This document shows positions 36,000-38,638 of a DNA stretch of 38,638 nucleotides, piece after piece. A program made the translations under genes and the position numbers. Under the pieces are notes generated by a model that saw only the letters and a program-made list of their open reading frames with translations, ran no database searches and was not told the origin of the DNA. The DNA lies in the NCBI RefSeq assembly GCF_001194135.2, contig NC_068983.1:93548997-93587634 (forward strand), given 5' to 3'. Within the stretch, counting starts at the first letter, position 1. Each line of letters opens with the position of its first letter. The DNA comes from Octopus bimaculoides (Eukaryota).

Positions 36000-36170
36000 A
36001 TCTTTAACTTGTACTTGTTTCAATCATTGAACTGCAACCATGCTAGGGCACCACTTTGAAGGATTAAGTTGAATTAATCAACCCCAGTACTTATTTTTTA
36101 AATCTGGTATTTATTCTATCAGTCTCTTTTGCAGAACCATTAAGTCATAGAGCTGTGAACAAACCACTAA
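36000..36170 (-). mobile_element. SINE 3' half (family of 2669-3058)
   Basis: cttgtttcaatcattgaactgcaaccatgctagggcacc..ccccagtacttatt..tattctatcagtctcttttgcagaacc. Confidence 0.7.
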
Positions 36171-36439
36171 TACTTTTTCCTAACCTAATTTTAAAAAATA
36201 CACACACCTGCAGACTTGTGTGTGCACTCATGTGTACATAAGTTCATACATATGCTGATACACATGCATCACATACATGCACACTCTGCTCTCCCTCTCT
36301 CTCTCTCCTTCTCTCCCCCTTCTCTCTCTCTTTCTCTTACATACATCTATCTATAAATCAATCAGTCAGGCAATCAATATATGTGGACATTTGTTTATAA
36401 CTGAAGAAAAACATACTTCCTATATAGAGAAACTGAAAC

Positions 36440-36625
36440 TTGCCACCGAAGAAAAAATGCAGTAGCACTGGTGGAGAGCATCTTCAAACGCAGTCACTGC
36501 ATGCAAAACTGCCACGCCCATGTGGACCTGTACAGCCACAGCAGATACTGCATCACCACCAGCAGCTGACAAAAAATTCTTCAGGTGCAGATCCATGGTT
36601 GTTTGAGACTGACGGATGCCATAAA
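36440..36625 (+). mobile_element. RTE-type LINE extreme 3' end (C-terminal zinc-finger remnant and tail)
   Basis: FKRSHCMQNCHAHVDLYSHSRYC* followed by gatccatggttgtttgagactgacggatgcc. Confidence 0.6.
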
Positions 36626-38265
36626 GATATTTTATTACATGCTATAGATTGATGTTGTTGATGATTTACACAATTGAAGAGTACTGGTGTCACAATATAT
36701 AAATAAAACTATTCTAAAGACACTGAAATATGATTAGTTATTGAAAGTTGATTTGTTGCAAAAAAGTAAATAAATAATAAATATTAGAAAATGCATCACA
36801 AATTCAGCTGTTCAGTTGTCATACTCAAAACACATGATGTATTCATCTTTTCACATGAGAATATTTATAATATTTTTGTGTCTTCTATAAAACACTTTAA
36901 AACAAGGAATATGGCTATTAGTAATGAAGGTTTTGCGTTGATGAATGATTGCATTTTATTTTCTATTATGTGACCATCTTTCAGGATATTGAAAATCTAT
37001 TAGGTGGGAACTAAACTGTTCTAGCCAGTTTGTAATTGGAAATTCCTCAATAAATGCCAACAATAGTGTCTGCCTGAATAATTCAACAATTTCAGTCTTT
37101 TGTTAAATATTGCAAAATATAGGATTTTACACTTCTCAGAGAGAAAAAGATCACACCTCCCAGAGCATTTATTGCTGGGGATGTATGTTCTATAAAAACC
37201 AATTGATTTTATAATTGTTGATGTTATCATCCATTAGATTTCAGATATATTTAGTGAGGTGATAAGACATCGTTTTGAATGTTTGAGAGCATACATATGT
37301 CAGAATCTGTTTTAAAGGGATTTTCAATAAACTACATATAGTTTTTTTTCTTTCAGTTATTTGCAAGAGAGATCTTAGCTCGATAAATAGTACTTCAGAA
37401 AAACACATACTATTGAACGGTCAAATATTACAGTTTTTGAAATTACAAAGAGGAAGGGATATTTGAAAGTTTGTAATGGAAAGTTTTCTTCTGTCTATAC
37501 TATCTATGGAAGTACAGAAGTTTTTTGTGCAAATGAAGCTCACCTTAATGTTATTTCTATTAAAGATCTAATGATATCTATAGATCACCAGGAAATATCT
37601 AAGTATAAGATTTCAGAAAATCCTGGACTTATTAGACCAAACATTTAAACTATATGGAGGATTTTGTGATATTTTATTCCCTATTTTCATGCTTATGAGT
37701 TTAGTTTTGTAAAGTAGTGAGGCCTTAGTTTGGGAATTCCAGGTGTGTGGAACCACCTTTTAACTGCTATTGTTCCCAGATCTACTCTAATCTGAAGCTG
37801 TATCACCAGTTAGGGTTCCAGCTATGGGTTAATTAGGATATCATGGAATTGCTTCCAGATGGCCATTTAGAGACACTCCAATGAACCCAAGGCAGATAAG
37901 TCCTTTCAGCTCTTTAGCTCTTCATCTAAGAGAAGGTAATTCCATACAACTCCTGCATCCTGGTGATACTTGTTGCACCAGATCAGTACAAGCTTGAAGG
38001 GTGATAGAGCAGGTTTGACTTTGCACAAACCATGCTCTCTATAATAATATTCCTCATAGCTGAATCTTTATTTGTTGAAGTAATGAGAGAGTCCACCACA
38101 CTACTACAATTCTTTGAAGTCACTGTGTTTTAATGTATCATTATAATAATGAATACTATTATGATTACAGGATTCTTTATTAGAAGACAAGCTGGATGTA
38201 TGCTTACTTATATTATTAATAATATTTTAAGGATTATTGAATGATGGTTGGAATTTATAAATATA

Positions 38266-38638
38266 CTAGCAGTATAACCCAACGTTGTCCGGGTGTGAGT
38301 TATTACGTCATCTACGATAAGTCTTGCTAGGTGAAAATTATCTAAAAAAGAAAGCCTTACAATGAAAAAACCCTTATGATGTAAATATGTTCATAATTCA
38401 AAAGACGATGAAATTAATAGGGAAAGTCTGAAGGCTGTTTTGTGTAACGTTATTAAGTGTACGTAAATTTCATCCGTCTAATTGGCTATACAAATGCTTG
38501 TGCAAAGCAACTTTTTGCGCTGCCTTGATTATACATAGCAGGGTAATTCCTTTTCGTAGGAGGTAGGACGGCAATTTCTGATGAAGCAATTGCTGGCGAT
38601 CTGTTGCTACACAGTTCTGCCAGAATTCTATCAGATTG
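38266..38638 (-). mobile_element. Helitron 3' terminus (element extends beyond the window)
   Basis: Minus strand ends cccggacaacgttgggttatactgCTAG|T: a GC-rich hairpin remnant about 8 nt before a CTAG end followed by T. Confidence 0.6.

Noticed and set aside
38577-38600. CTGATGA followed by palindrome agcaattgct
   Set aside because: No GAAA box follows.
27393-38638. TMEM245 exon 2, or an intronic miR-32/miR-92-like hairpin as in vertebrate TMEM245
   Set aside because: No exon encoding the expected next transmembrane segment and no seed-bearing hairpin were recognised. They may lie beyond the window.

Overview
AT-rich, microsatellite-rich eukaryotic genomic DNA with three assembly gaps. The SINE, RTE and microsatellite content looks like an octopus (coleoid cephalopod) genome; this is an inference from recalled repeat motifs, not a database hit. 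The only host gene supported is the first coding exon of a TMEM245 orthologue (26880-27392, +), followed by an intron with no recognisable second exon before the window ends. Almost everything else is decayed transposable element: Penelope-like fragments (GIY-YIG and RT), a two-LTR Gypsy element, two mariners, several RTE and CR1/Jockey-like LINE fragments, a near full-length Hero-like RLE LINE, tRNA-derived SINEs, a Helentron-associated element (HINE) with an internal tandem array, and a Helitron 3' end. The most notable observations are a tRNA-headed SINE-like element carrying a minimal type I hammerhead-ribozyme fold (18615-19080), a Penelope element whose endonuclease half is inverted in place, an A-B-A-B tandem array inside the HINE, and a 63-bp locally templated insertion inside a SINE. 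Family assignments rest on hand translation and recalled motifs. TE boundaries are approximate unless termini are quoted.
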